From a virus (Duplodnaviria > Caudoviricetes), in IMG/VR virus record IMGVR_UViG_3300034374_009547: DNA of 64,000 nt; one strand, written 5' to 3'. Position numbers and translations under genes: made by a program. Each line of letters opens with the position of its first letter. The stretch's first letter is position 1. Under the pieces are notes generated by a model. That model saw nothing but the letters and a program-made list of their open reading frames with translations. It was not told the DNA's origin and did not search any database. Positions 52,681-63,300 of this stretch are shown here, in pieces.

Positions 52681-54657
52681 TTATACCGCAGATGCAGCGA
52701 TCTCCCCAGATGATGCAGTCCACAAACCTGCTGAAACTTGCATCGTGATTGTCAATCTTGTAATAGTAAAATCAATGTTTGCAGTTGTATCACCAATTGT
52801 AAAATCACTAACAACATTAACGTTTTGTACACCAGCACTATCAACAGCAGTAAGTGTTTTAGAAACACCAGTGTTAGTGTCAATAGTTTGTGTTACAGCT
52901 TGATATCTATAAGCATGAATACTTGCTTGTGTACCAGACGGTCTGTCAGCAGCAGGTGCAATTTCATTTAAGATAGTTGCAACATTTGCAAGCAATGTCT
53001 GGTCGCCGCCGCCTGCATATGTACCAGTAGCATATGTTGTTCCTAGGCCAGTAACATCCAAACCTGTAACCAGTGGTGACGCTAATATTTCGTCGTCTAC
53101 ATATTTTTTAGGTGCTACATCATAATCGTCGCCTTCAGTTAAAAGTGGATTAATTGCAACTTCTCTTGCACTATATGGTTTTTCAACATTTGTAATTTTT
53201 TGTCTGTTAATTAAATTAATGCTACCAACAGATTGAAGTTCTAAATTATTAGTTGTAGAAATCCTGTCTTCTGTTAAAGTCATTGTGTCACTTTGATTTT
53301 GATCTCCAACAACTAAACTATTCAACTGGCCAATAGTTCTTAAACTACTATTAACAACATTTGCTCCAAGAGTATCTTTTGTTAAAACATCAACACCCTC
53401 AATTTTGTATGAAAAAACATCTCTTTTTAAATTAAAGTTAGTAGAACTAGTCCACGAATCAGTTGCTTGATACCATAGTAGTTCTTTGTCATCACCTGTA
53501 ACTCTTACAACAATACCTGATTCGTTAACTTCTGCATCTGTAGGTAAAGTACTATCATCAGTAATTGCTAGTTCAATTTGTTTATCTTCAATACGTAAGT
53601 TAAACACATCAAGTGCAATACTATCACCTTCGACCATAAGATCTTTAGTAATTCTTACGCTACCGTTTACATCTAATGCATAAGCGGGTGTATCTGTTAA
53701 AATACCAACTGCTGGACCTGCAACAACTTCTACTTGAGGATCTGTTGGATTTACACGTTCTATTCTGTTTTCATTCCATGCATCAAAGTACATTAATGTG
53801 TACTGGTTTCCTGCACCGTTTGTGTAATTTTCTTTCATGCTAATTTTATGATCAGCATTACTAATATTATTTTGCCAAACCGTTGTTTGTCCTTCAACAC
53901 GTAAAGTTATATCACTATCATTACCTACAATTAATCCGCCATCATTTGCAATTGTAATTCTACCTGTAGTAACATCATCTTGTGTTGTTCTCATAAGTGC
54001 ATCAACATCAACATAACCGCCAGCGCCATCATTTAGTTGATCTGCATATAATGCTTTACCAGTAATAGTATAATTAGGAAATGCTCCATTAACATTAAAT
54101 CCTTGTACAAGACTATCAAAACCTACAATTGCAGGAAATGGCGTAAATGCTTCTTTTGCATATATTCCTAGTAATGCACCGTTTATATATTTTTTAATTA
54201 CAACTTTTGTTTGTCCGGCTGTATCTTTTATTGTTTCAACAACATCGCCTGTTTTTTGCTGAGTTTTACTATAAATTGGTCCAACTAAAACTGCTTCTGT
54301 TCCATTCCAAAATTTAAGTTGATCATTTGAACCATCGATCCAAATATCACCTTGTATTAATCCCTCTGGTTGTGAGCTTGAAAAAATTGTACTATCTGTA
54401 CTTCTAAATGTAGATCCATCATAAACTTTAAGCCTGCCTGCTCCGCTATCATACCATAGTTGTCCTTTTATAGGTGCATTTGGAGCAGCACTATTACTAA
54501 AGTTTTCTAAAATTTTAATAAAGTTTTCATTAATACTTTCACCAAAACCTTGATAGTTTTTACCAATTAAATTAATATTAAGTGTTGTTGTATCTAAAAC
54601 ACCATCAACTAATTCAACCAGTATAGAGCCGTCTGTTTTGTTTAACTTATATGCCAT
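52681..54657 (-). CDS. Tail fibre/baseplate-associated protein, paralogous N-terminus
   Basis: MAYKL..IGKNYQGFGE..NENFIKILENF..GQLWYD..GDIWID module. Confidence 0.7.
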   Translation of the reverse strand: MAYKLNKTDGSILVELVDGVLDTTTLNINLIGKNYQGFGESINENFIKILENFSNSAAPNAPIKGQLWYDSGAGRLKVYDGSTFRSTDSTIFSSSQPEGLIQGDIWIDGSNDQLKFWNGTEAVLVGPIYSKTQQKTGDVVETIKDTAGQTKVVIKKYINGALLGIYAKEAFTPFPAIVGFDSLVQGFNVNGAFPNYTITGKALYADQLNDGAGGYVDVDALMRTTQDDVTTGRITIANDGGLIVGNDSDITLRVEGQTTVWQNNISNADHKISMKENYTNGAGNQYTLMYFDAWNENRIERVNPTDPQVEVVAGPAVGILTDTPAYALDVNGSVRITKDLMVEGDSIALDVFNLRIEDKQIELAITDDSTLPTDAEVNESGIVVRVTGDDKELLWYQATDSWTSSTNFNLKRDVFSYKIEGVDVLTKDTLGANVVNSSLRTIGQLNSLVVGDQNQSDTMTLTEDRISTTNNLELQSVGSINLINRQKITNVEKPYSAREVAINPLLTEGDDYDVAPKKYVDDEILASPLVTGLDVTGLGTTYATGTYAGGGDQTLLANVATILNEIAPAADRPSGTQASIHAYRYQAVTQTIDTNTGVSKTLTAVDSAGVQNVNVVSDFTIGDTTANIDFTITRLTITMQVSAGLWTASSGEIAASAV

Positions 54658-56684
54658 TATGATACTCCGGTCCAGATAATAAAGTTAATTGCTAAGTATG
54701 GGTTAGCAACAAGTAGGTCTGTAGGTCCTGCGTAATCTCTTATTCCACCTGTGCTTTCGATTCTTGTACCTGTACCTGATGTGTCACCATCATTTGCAAC
54801 CGTTCCAGTTGCACTATGTGTAGCAGTAGTTGTAGCATAATATGGATTACCTGCTGAATCTACTAAATCATGTTGGTGATCTGGCAAGTTATCTACCGTA
54901 ATAGCACGTCTGTCTGCACCAGCAACTGCACCCATTGTTTCAACACTTCCAACTTCCATACGATTTGCGCCGCCTGGTCTTCCTCTACCAAGTGGAAAAC
55001 GTCCTCTAAGATCAGGTACACAAAAATAAAGGTTTCTGTCGAAGCCAAAATCTGCAGGATCACCAAAATAGTAAGTGTTGGTATCGGTCGCATCGTAACC
55101 AAGTGCATTTTGTAATAACCCATAAGTGTTTATAGGTGCAGGCTGTCCGTCACACCATAACCAACCGGTTGGTAATGAAGCACCGCCATACATAACAACC
55201 GTTCCAACAGGATTGGTTGCTACCGTACTAATTAATTGATTAGGTGTTGCTTTTACTAATGTACCACCTTGATTTATTAATATTTCATCTGTAGCACTAT
55301 TAATACTTGCTGCTGCTGGTTTGCCAGTTACAAAGCTAGGATCAATAGTAGTTGTAAATGTCTTAGATGTGCCGCCAACTTGACCATCAAATGTAAAACT
55401 TGTACCTGACACATCTCCTGTCATATTAAATGTCGTTGCACTATTAAGTTTTGCTGCTCTACCTGCTGCACCACTTACGTTACCTGTTACATCACCAGTT
55501 AAGTTGCCTGTGATACGATTAGCATACAAGCTATCATAAGGCGCAACCGTACTACCAATTGATCTTACATTTGCTGTATCAGGTAAAAGATTTCCAGCAG
55601 TAACACTACCATCAACGGTTGCACTACCACCAACATTTAAATTTTTTGTAATACCTGCGCCGCCTGCAACTCTTAAACTACCTGTTGTTGCACTGGTGCT
55701 TTCAGTTGTACCACCTACAATTACATTACTATCAGTTTGAATATTACCTGTTACATCTAAACTCTCTGTTGGATTTAAATTGTTAATTCCAATATTACCA
55801 TCACTCTTAATCCTAATAGGAGATATTGTACTTCCTGCATTGTTTACACGAATATCAATATTAGCGCCCGAAATACTTTGTTGTATAACACCTGTAGTAC
55901 CTTCGGCAATTAAACTTAATGTTTTTGCTGTACCAATTTCAATACCGCCGTTATTTCTAATTTGTTGTTTTTTTGTAAATTGGTTTGTTAGATTTACTTG
56001 TGCAAATTCTGAAGATGCTATTTCTGCACCACTAATTAACAAATTTTCTGCTGTTTTTGCCAAACCATTAAATTTTATATTTGATAAAGATTTACTAGGA
56101 TTTATTCCAACTCTAATTGGAACCGTTGAGCTATAACCAGCAATTGGAGATTTTGGACTAAATTCTTCGTTACTGATAATTGTAACAGGAATATTGTTAA
56201 TATAATTAATTACTACCGTATAAGCAACGTCATCAGTTCCAGTAATTGTTTCAGGAAGTGCGCCGGCTTTATTACCGTCTGAATATGTAGGACCAACAAG
56301 TAGCCAACCGCTGCCACTATACAAATATAATTGACTATTGGTTGTATCTACCCATAAATCTCCTGTAACACTATTTCCAGCATCGGGCTCTGATTGTCCT
56401 TTTTTAAGGCCGCCAGCAGCCACCCAACTTGTACCATCATATATTTTCAGCTGATCAACGCCATCTGTTGTATCATACCAAAGTTGTCCTTCTACAGGAT
56501 TACTAGGAGGATTAACATTTGCAAAGTTTTCAAGTAAATGTAAAAAATTGCTGTTTAGAATTAATCCGTAATCATTTAAAAGTCTTCCTACAAGTGTTAA
56601 ACTTGTTTCGTTATTTGGTGATTTATCCTCTACGGTAATATTACCTTTATTGGCCTCATCTGTAAATGGTACTGAATATGCCAT
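54657..56684 (-). CDS. Tail fibre protein with C-terminal phage tail-collar domain
   Basis: Same N-terminal module; C-terminal PVGTVVMYGG..PTGWLWCDG..VPDLRGRFP..PYLAINFII. Confidence 0.8.
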   Translation of the reverse strand: MAYSVPFTDEANKGNITVEDKSPNNETSLTLVGRLLNDYGLILNSNFLHLLENFANVNPPSNPVEGQLWYDTTDGVDQLKIYDGTSWVAAGGLKKGQSEPDAGNSVTGDLWVDTTNSQLYLYSGSGWLLVGPTYSDGNKAGALPETITGTDDVAYTVVINYINNIPVTIISNEEFSPKSPIAGYSSTVPIRVGINPSKSLSNIKFNGLAKTAENLLISGAEIASSEFAQVNLTNQFTKKQQIRNNGGIEIGTAKTLSLIAEGTTGVIQQSISGANIDIRVNNAGSTISPIRIKSDGNIGINNLNPTESLDVTGNIQTDSNVIVGGTTESTSATTGSLRVAGGAGITKNLNVGGSATVDGSVTAGNLLPDTANVRSIGSTVAPYDSLYANRITGNLTGDVTGNVSGAAGRAAKLNSATTFNMTGDVSGTSFTFDGQVGGTSKTFTTTIDPSFVTGKPAAASINSATDEILINQGGTLVKATPNQLISTVATNPVGTVVMYGGASLPTGWLWCDGQPAPINTYGLLQNALGYDATDTNTYYFGDPADFGFDRNLYFCVPDLRGRFPLGRGRPGGANRMEVGSVETMGAVAGADRRAITVDNLPDHQHDLVDSAGNPYYATTTATHSATGTVANDGDTSGTGTRIESTGGIRDYAGPTDLLVANPYLAINFIIWTGVS

Positions 56685-57292
56685 TAGCTATTCCCTCCGC
56701 TAAGGCTTTGCACTCTAACGGTGTAATCAACTTGAATTAATCTGTTTAAAGACTTTTGTACAGGATGGAAAATAACATGTGTTAACAATCTGCCACTACC
56801 GTTTGTGTCACTTGAATATGCTTTCAAGCCTAACTCATCAAAAACAAATTGATCTTCAGTATTTGCTGCTGTGTCAAAAGCATCTTGTCCATCTGGTTCA
56901 CCATAATCTAACAAACAACTTACAACTAGGTCGGTGTAATTTGTACCACTAACATGTCTAGTTTCAATTTTATTTCTTGTAGGATCTGAATTATTAACAC
57001 TTCTGTCGTCCACAACTTTAGCATAAGTTTCGTTATATAAACTTGAATTTGTGCCAGTGCTGTTAGGTGTTAGATATGTTATAATACCTGTCGGATCAAC
57101 GCTAGTACCACCGTTGCCAAACGCCATTTGATACACAAATCCTTCACCAGCATTTCCTAAACTTTCAGCTAGTGAAATACTCATGTTTTCATAATGAATA
57201 GCATTACGCTTATTCACAAATACAAAGCCTGATTCAGGATTGTATATTTTTATATGTCCTTCTATGTGTACTCCACTTTGATCATTAATCAT
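56684..57292 (-). CDS. Conserved baseplate/tail-associated protein
   Basis: IEGHIKIY..NAIHYENMS..FGNGG..FDELGL..LLTHVIFHPVQKSLNR pattern; sits in the structural operon. Confidence 0.6.
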   Translation of the reverse strand: MINDQSGVHIEGHIKIYNPESGFVFVNKRNAIHYENMSISLAESLGNAGEGFVYQMAFGNGGTSVDPTGIITYLTPNSTGTNSSLYNETYAKVVDDRSVNNSDPTRNKIETRHVSGTNYTDLVVSCLLDYGEPDGQDAFDTAANTEDQFVFDELGLKAYSSDTNGSGRLLTHVIFHPVQKSLNRLIQVDYTVRVQSLSGGNS

Positions 57293-57310
57293 TTTTATTT
57301 TCCGTTCCTA

Positions 57311-57324
57311 TATTGTATTTATCG
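57311..57324 (-). promoter_or_regulatory. T4-late-like promoter CGATAAATACAATA (copy 2)
   Basis: Overlaps the stop of the giant ORF; followed by TAGGA and ATG 57292. Confidence 0.75.
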
Positions 57325-60300
57325 GGGATACGATATTGTTGATTTCTTTATAAAATTAGCAATTTGATTATTACTATCTACAAGTGATTTATCAGTGTCT
57401 GACCAAACTTTACCAGTTTTTCTTACAATCTGAATGTTTATTCCGTCTGCAGGAATATCTGCAAGTGTTAACACCGTTTGCAATGTGCCATCTACAGATA
57501 CAACTTCGACAGAAAATTCTGCCGGCACCGTTTCGTCTGCGTCAGGCGAATCTTGGTCTAATGTTTGATTAAACACACTAATACTATTTTTTCTTAATCT
57601 ACGTCCGCCAACAAAGACATCAAATGAATTGATTGTATCAGTTACAAAGTCTAAAACAAATTGATGTGTTGAACCGTCGCCTACATACTTTGTTGTGTAT
57701 GTTGCATCTTTGTATGGTATATTTTCTTCTATACCTTGTCCGTAAACGGTTGTACCTTTTGGTATTATATTAGGTGTACCTGTGCCTAATGTACCTCTAC
57801 GAATTTGCCTTAAAACATTACCGGTAACAGAATAGTATTCAATGCGTTCTTTATCTACCCAAATAACTCCAGGCAAGCCAATAGATCTATTTGGTTCTTG
57901 AATACCCGTTGCATCAGTTAACACAATACTATTATCATAGTAATTTAAAGGTTGATTTAATTCATATGAATTTGAATTACTAATACGCTTATAATGAGTT
58001 CTGTTGAGCATATCTTTAAATATTCTATATGCAAACTTAGGTTTACTTACAATTGCTGCAAACTGAATTACTTCAATAGTTTCTGTACCGCCAGGTTTTC
58101 TCATTAATTGCACAGCATCTAAACCAGGAGTTAACTTGTAATCAATATTAGGCGTTTGTAAAATACCATTTCTCAACACCCAAACATATTCAGCAGATAC
58201 TGCTGTTTTTTCAAGTTTAATATAACCTCTCGACAAGCTATTCTTTTCAATATATTCATCTGAACCAACTGGTGCGTGTGTTGTGTAGTATACAACATCG
58301 TAAGTGTTTCTTCTTATATCGTTTATGTCATGATTACTAAACACATAAATGTTTACATCACTTCCAGCAGCAGGAACTTGATCTAATGTCAAGTTGTCAC
58401 TTTCCACACATTCAATTTTGCTAATAACAACTTGTGTACTATCAACAAGCGAACTTGCAATAACTGGAGGTGTATCATCTAAACTTTTAATTTGTATTAG
58501 GTCTCTAAGGTATCCTTGAAGTTTAATTTTTACCTCGCTACCATTTCTTGTAAAAGTTTCAACGGTTGCTACTTGGGTTGTACTATCGTCAGTTGTTGCA
58601 AATTCAACAACATCGCCTTGCTCGTAATTGTTAATTGCATCACCGTTAGTGATTGTAACAACGGTATCTACAAAATAATATTCTGCATCACGTACTACAT
58701 ATATGTCAAGCACTTGACCTGCTAATCCAACGGTGTTACTTAATAATTGTACTCTACCATTAATTGGATCATACAAATAATCTTGTGGTCCTAATTTTTG
58801 ATCGTTTACGTAGGCAAAAACATCGCTGTTTCTAATTTGAGTAGGATCTTCAAATTGCCATAGATCAATTGGATATGCACGTTCTGTTGTTAATGTATGT
58901 CTTGTTTTATAGCCAGGATTCAAAAACTTGTTATCAACTGACACAAGTATTCTATGAGATAAAGGCATTGCTACACCAGGTAGCGGTACCATAGGATCTG
59001 TAGTAAACCTGTGTACTCTGTTTACGCCGTCTGATACAAATGTTTGATCAACAAGTAATTGACTATATTGATTTGTTTCACCTTCATACAATGTATAATT
59101 TACAATATCTCCTGTTTGTAATGGCACAGGAAATTCTATAACACAAAATCCGTCTGCATCTTTTTGTAAACTATAATTTGCAGGATCTGTTGTAAACTGC
59201 AATGTACCATTTAGTGTAACAAATCCGCTCATGTCATTTACAAATTTAACATTTGTAGGAACTAGTCTAGTGGTGTTATCTACAGCAATATATTGATCAG
59301 TGTCAATGATATTTTTACCATTTGCACCAATTGTTAGTATGCTTAGTAATGCATTGGCTTCCCATGCACTACTATCGGCTAATCTAATTGTAGCAGTTTC
59401 CCAATCAATTGTGTAGTCATTACTATCCATAACATAATTGTTTAATTTTACAATCATGCTTGTATCTGCTTGTGGATATTTTACAAAATCATATTCAATT
59501 GTTGAGCCATCTGTTATATGAGTTTTAACACTTATAACACCTTGTCCGTCATTTACAACATTGTAAACTTGCAAATCCATTGTGTCTAAAACTTGTCCGG
59601 GAACTTGTTCTTCGGGACCTTTACTTGTTGTTTCTGTAACAAATCCATCTCCGTCAACAACAATATCTCCAGCATCGATACCGTTAGCAGTAGTATATTC
59701 AAAATTACCGCCTTGTAAACTAACATCATATGCAGTTGTTTCAGGAGTAAAGCTACCATCACTAGTTGATTTACGCACAATTAAAATATCATTTGCAGCA
59801 GTTGTAACATAATCACTATCAAGGAATACGGTATTTGAAATACCGTCACCTGTAATAGTTACCATTTTAGCGTTTGGATTAGCTGTTGCACTACTACCAT
59901 CGAAGTTTGGATCATCTATTCTTACATTATTCAAATATACATTATATTGAACATTTGATTCAAGTACATTGGCAAGCTCTACTACTTGTGTACTTCCATC
60001 TAATGTAATAATTTCATCTTCAAATGTTGTGTCAAAAGTATCAAAATCTAAACCAAATGGAGAAGCTTCAAAACCTCTGTCTGTTCCAAAGTCAACACTA
60101 TCAAGTTGCACACCGCCATAATCAATACCATCCATAAGCTGTGATAAATCTTTTCCCAACATACCAGTTTTAGGATTATAGAAGTAATTAATTCTATCAA
60201 CTGCATGTAACAAGTTTGTTGATTTTTTATACTCAACTACGATTGTACTTGTATCAACAGGTGCATTTGTAAATGTAATTTTACCTAAGTATCTATCGTA

Positions 60301-63300
60301 ACCTTTTGAAGTATCTAAGGTGTTAGAAACTACATAATCATTTGTAAGTAGCTGTTCGTTATTGACAAAGATTTTCGTATCTGCCTTTTTTGTGCTCATT
60401 GGCCACTTAGTTGAAAACTCGGTTTGGCCACCATTTCCTGTAAATGTTTGTGTTTCGTCTAATGTAGAGAACAAGTAATTACCTGTAATTCTATCAAACT
60501 TAACTAACATATGTGTCCTTCTCGAAACACCGTTGCCTATGATAGCGTATGCTTTTGCAGATGAACCGCCTTCTTCAACACTTCCGTTAATTTCAACCGT
60601 AGGTGCTGAGTAATATTTTGCACCTGTTGTATTAACATCTATTAAGGTAATTTTGCCGCCGCCTACTCTAGCATAACCTGTTAATGTAGGACCGCCGCCA
60701 CCTGATACTATTACATTAGCTGTATCCGTATACAAGTTTCCTGCATTAGATATTACAAATTTGGTAATTTCATATCCAGCATTATCTAACCAATGTTTTT
60801 GAGGATATGTTGTAATTTCATTATCATAGAAAACAATTTGATTGTTAATAACTTTAACTAAGTCTGTGATAATTTTACCTTTATCTGCATCATATCTAGG
60901 AGGAACATCAAAATCTGTAATTGTAGTTCTTGTTGGATCAACTTTTTCATAGGAACTAATATATTCTCTAACTTTTGTTGAGAATGGTTTTACTTCATTG
61001 ACGTAATCTTGATAATTTGGCAAGTTATCGTTTTGATAAGTAATTTTTTGTTCTAGTTCTCCAACATTGTGCTTTGCTGTAACTAAACTTGTTTTAAAGA
61101 TCCAATCAATACTTGGTTGCTCTGCAAGTGCATATCTAACACTGCTAAAGAATAGTTTGTTCCATTCCACTTCTAACTGATCTACAAAAATATTATCTCG
61201 TAAAGCGTACATAATAATACGTGTTTCGTTGATCGGTTCTCTATCGTAAAGAACTGCATCATAAACTTGATTATCAAAACCACTTGTCTGATTGTTGTAT
61301 AATAGTTGGCTAATTTGTATTGTTCCGTTTTGTCTACCAATAGTTTTATAATTTACGGTGTAATCTACTTCGGCTTGATTATCAATTTTTTCTAACAATA
61401 ACCAGCCTCCTGAACCAATGTTTTCTATCTTTACAACACTACCAATTCTATTGTTTAATGAAGATAGTGCATATGCACCAGGCACAACTTCATCAATTGC
61501 TGTTGTTGCATTGTAACCTGTAGCATACCAATCTATATATTGCCAGTATCTAGTTACGTCATAACTTTGAATATATTGTCTAAACCAATCACGAGTTGAG
61601 CTATTCCAAGAGTACACACTCCAAAAACCGCTAATTGTGCTGTCGTTTTCAACCAAGACACTGAACGGACGAACTACAAGTGTAGTTGTATCTAAATAAT
61701 TTTTTCCGCCATTTACAACTTCTACACTTGTAATTTGTCCAATTTCATTTATGTAAGTTTGCAGTTCTGCGTTTTCGCCTGTGCCAACTATTTCTACCAC
61801 TGGACCTTTTCTAGCACCAGTGGTATAATTTGGATCGATGTAACCTCTACCTTTATTGGTTATTGTAACTGCTGTTATTACACCATCAACTATAGTAGGT
61901 GTTAGTTTTGCTTGTGTAATTTTTGCAGTACCTACAAATCTCAACAAGTTTTCAGATGCAACTTTTGTATCCCATGCTCCACTAAATTTACTTGGTGCAG
62001 CATCTATTGAAAATAATGGCGAGATATCAAATTCATCAACAATTAAATTGTTTGAAAATACATTGTTAACTCTTTCTACTATTTGTTTTAATGCTTCTGT
62101 TTTGTTTACAAACATAGATTGTAGAGGGCTATCTAAAATACCGTATCTTCTTCCTACACTCACATCGAGTGACGGAATTTGATTTTGTTGTGCATCGTAG
62201 CCTACTAAACTATCAACCCATTTTCTAACGGTATTATCAGATGGTTTGCTTGATGCTAACCCTTCAGTTAGTAATTTATATTCTGTATGAATATTATAAT
62301 CTAACGCATCTTCAATAGCATTGTAGTTAACATGCAAAATTGTATCGGTATCTTTTATTAAACTTCTTACATTGTGTAATGATATTTTATTTTGATCTAA
62401 TAGTAAAGCAAACCTATATCCATTACCTGCTGGATCAGAAATTAATTGAGATACTGATTGAGCACTAATTTTTCTTGATTCAACATCAGGAGTAACTTTT
62501 TTATTTTTAACCCAATAAAAATACTGATTACTAAAAGTTTGACTGACAGGATCATAAACTTTTGTTGTAGTGTATTGACTATCGCTGTATTTAGATTGAC
62601 CGCTTATGTTATTTGCTAATCCTTCAACCGTGTCGGCAATTTCATCCCATTCACTTGGTAAAAGATCTGATTGTATCCATTCATAAACATCAACTTCAAA
62701 CCCCGGTATTACTTTATTCCAAGTGTTTGATTTATATTCAATATTACCTTGATAAGGATTAAACCATTTAACCGTGCTTAAATCCCACCATAACTTTCCA
62801 ACTTGTGTTGAATCCCATATATTTGAATCTGTAATAAGTCCAACGTTATAAGTTGCAGGGTCGTAGTATGTTTTGTAACTTAGTTCTTGTTCTGCAGGTC
62901 CTGCAATTCTACCTTGAATAGGGTCTAATACATCTAAGTATGTGATTAAGTCACTTGTTATTTTATCATACAAATAGACGCCGCGAATTTTATCAATGTT
63001 TACATAATTTTCACCAACACTATTTGTCATCCATGCATTTGCACCTCTTTCACTTCTAAAGTCAGTGACAAAACCACGTTTAGTAGTATTTTCAGCAAAC
63101 GGTGCAGATAGATAATAATGGTTGTCAACAAAGGTAACAAACGGGTTCCTTGCATCTGCAAAATTATTAGCATAACGCATTTTTTCAGCATAGACTAATT
63201 TGTTGTTTAATGGTTCAAAAACATAAATTTGTCCAGTGTCGTATTCTACATCAGTTAATTCTGTTGCCTTGTTATCAAAATATGTTAAATTGCTATCAAA

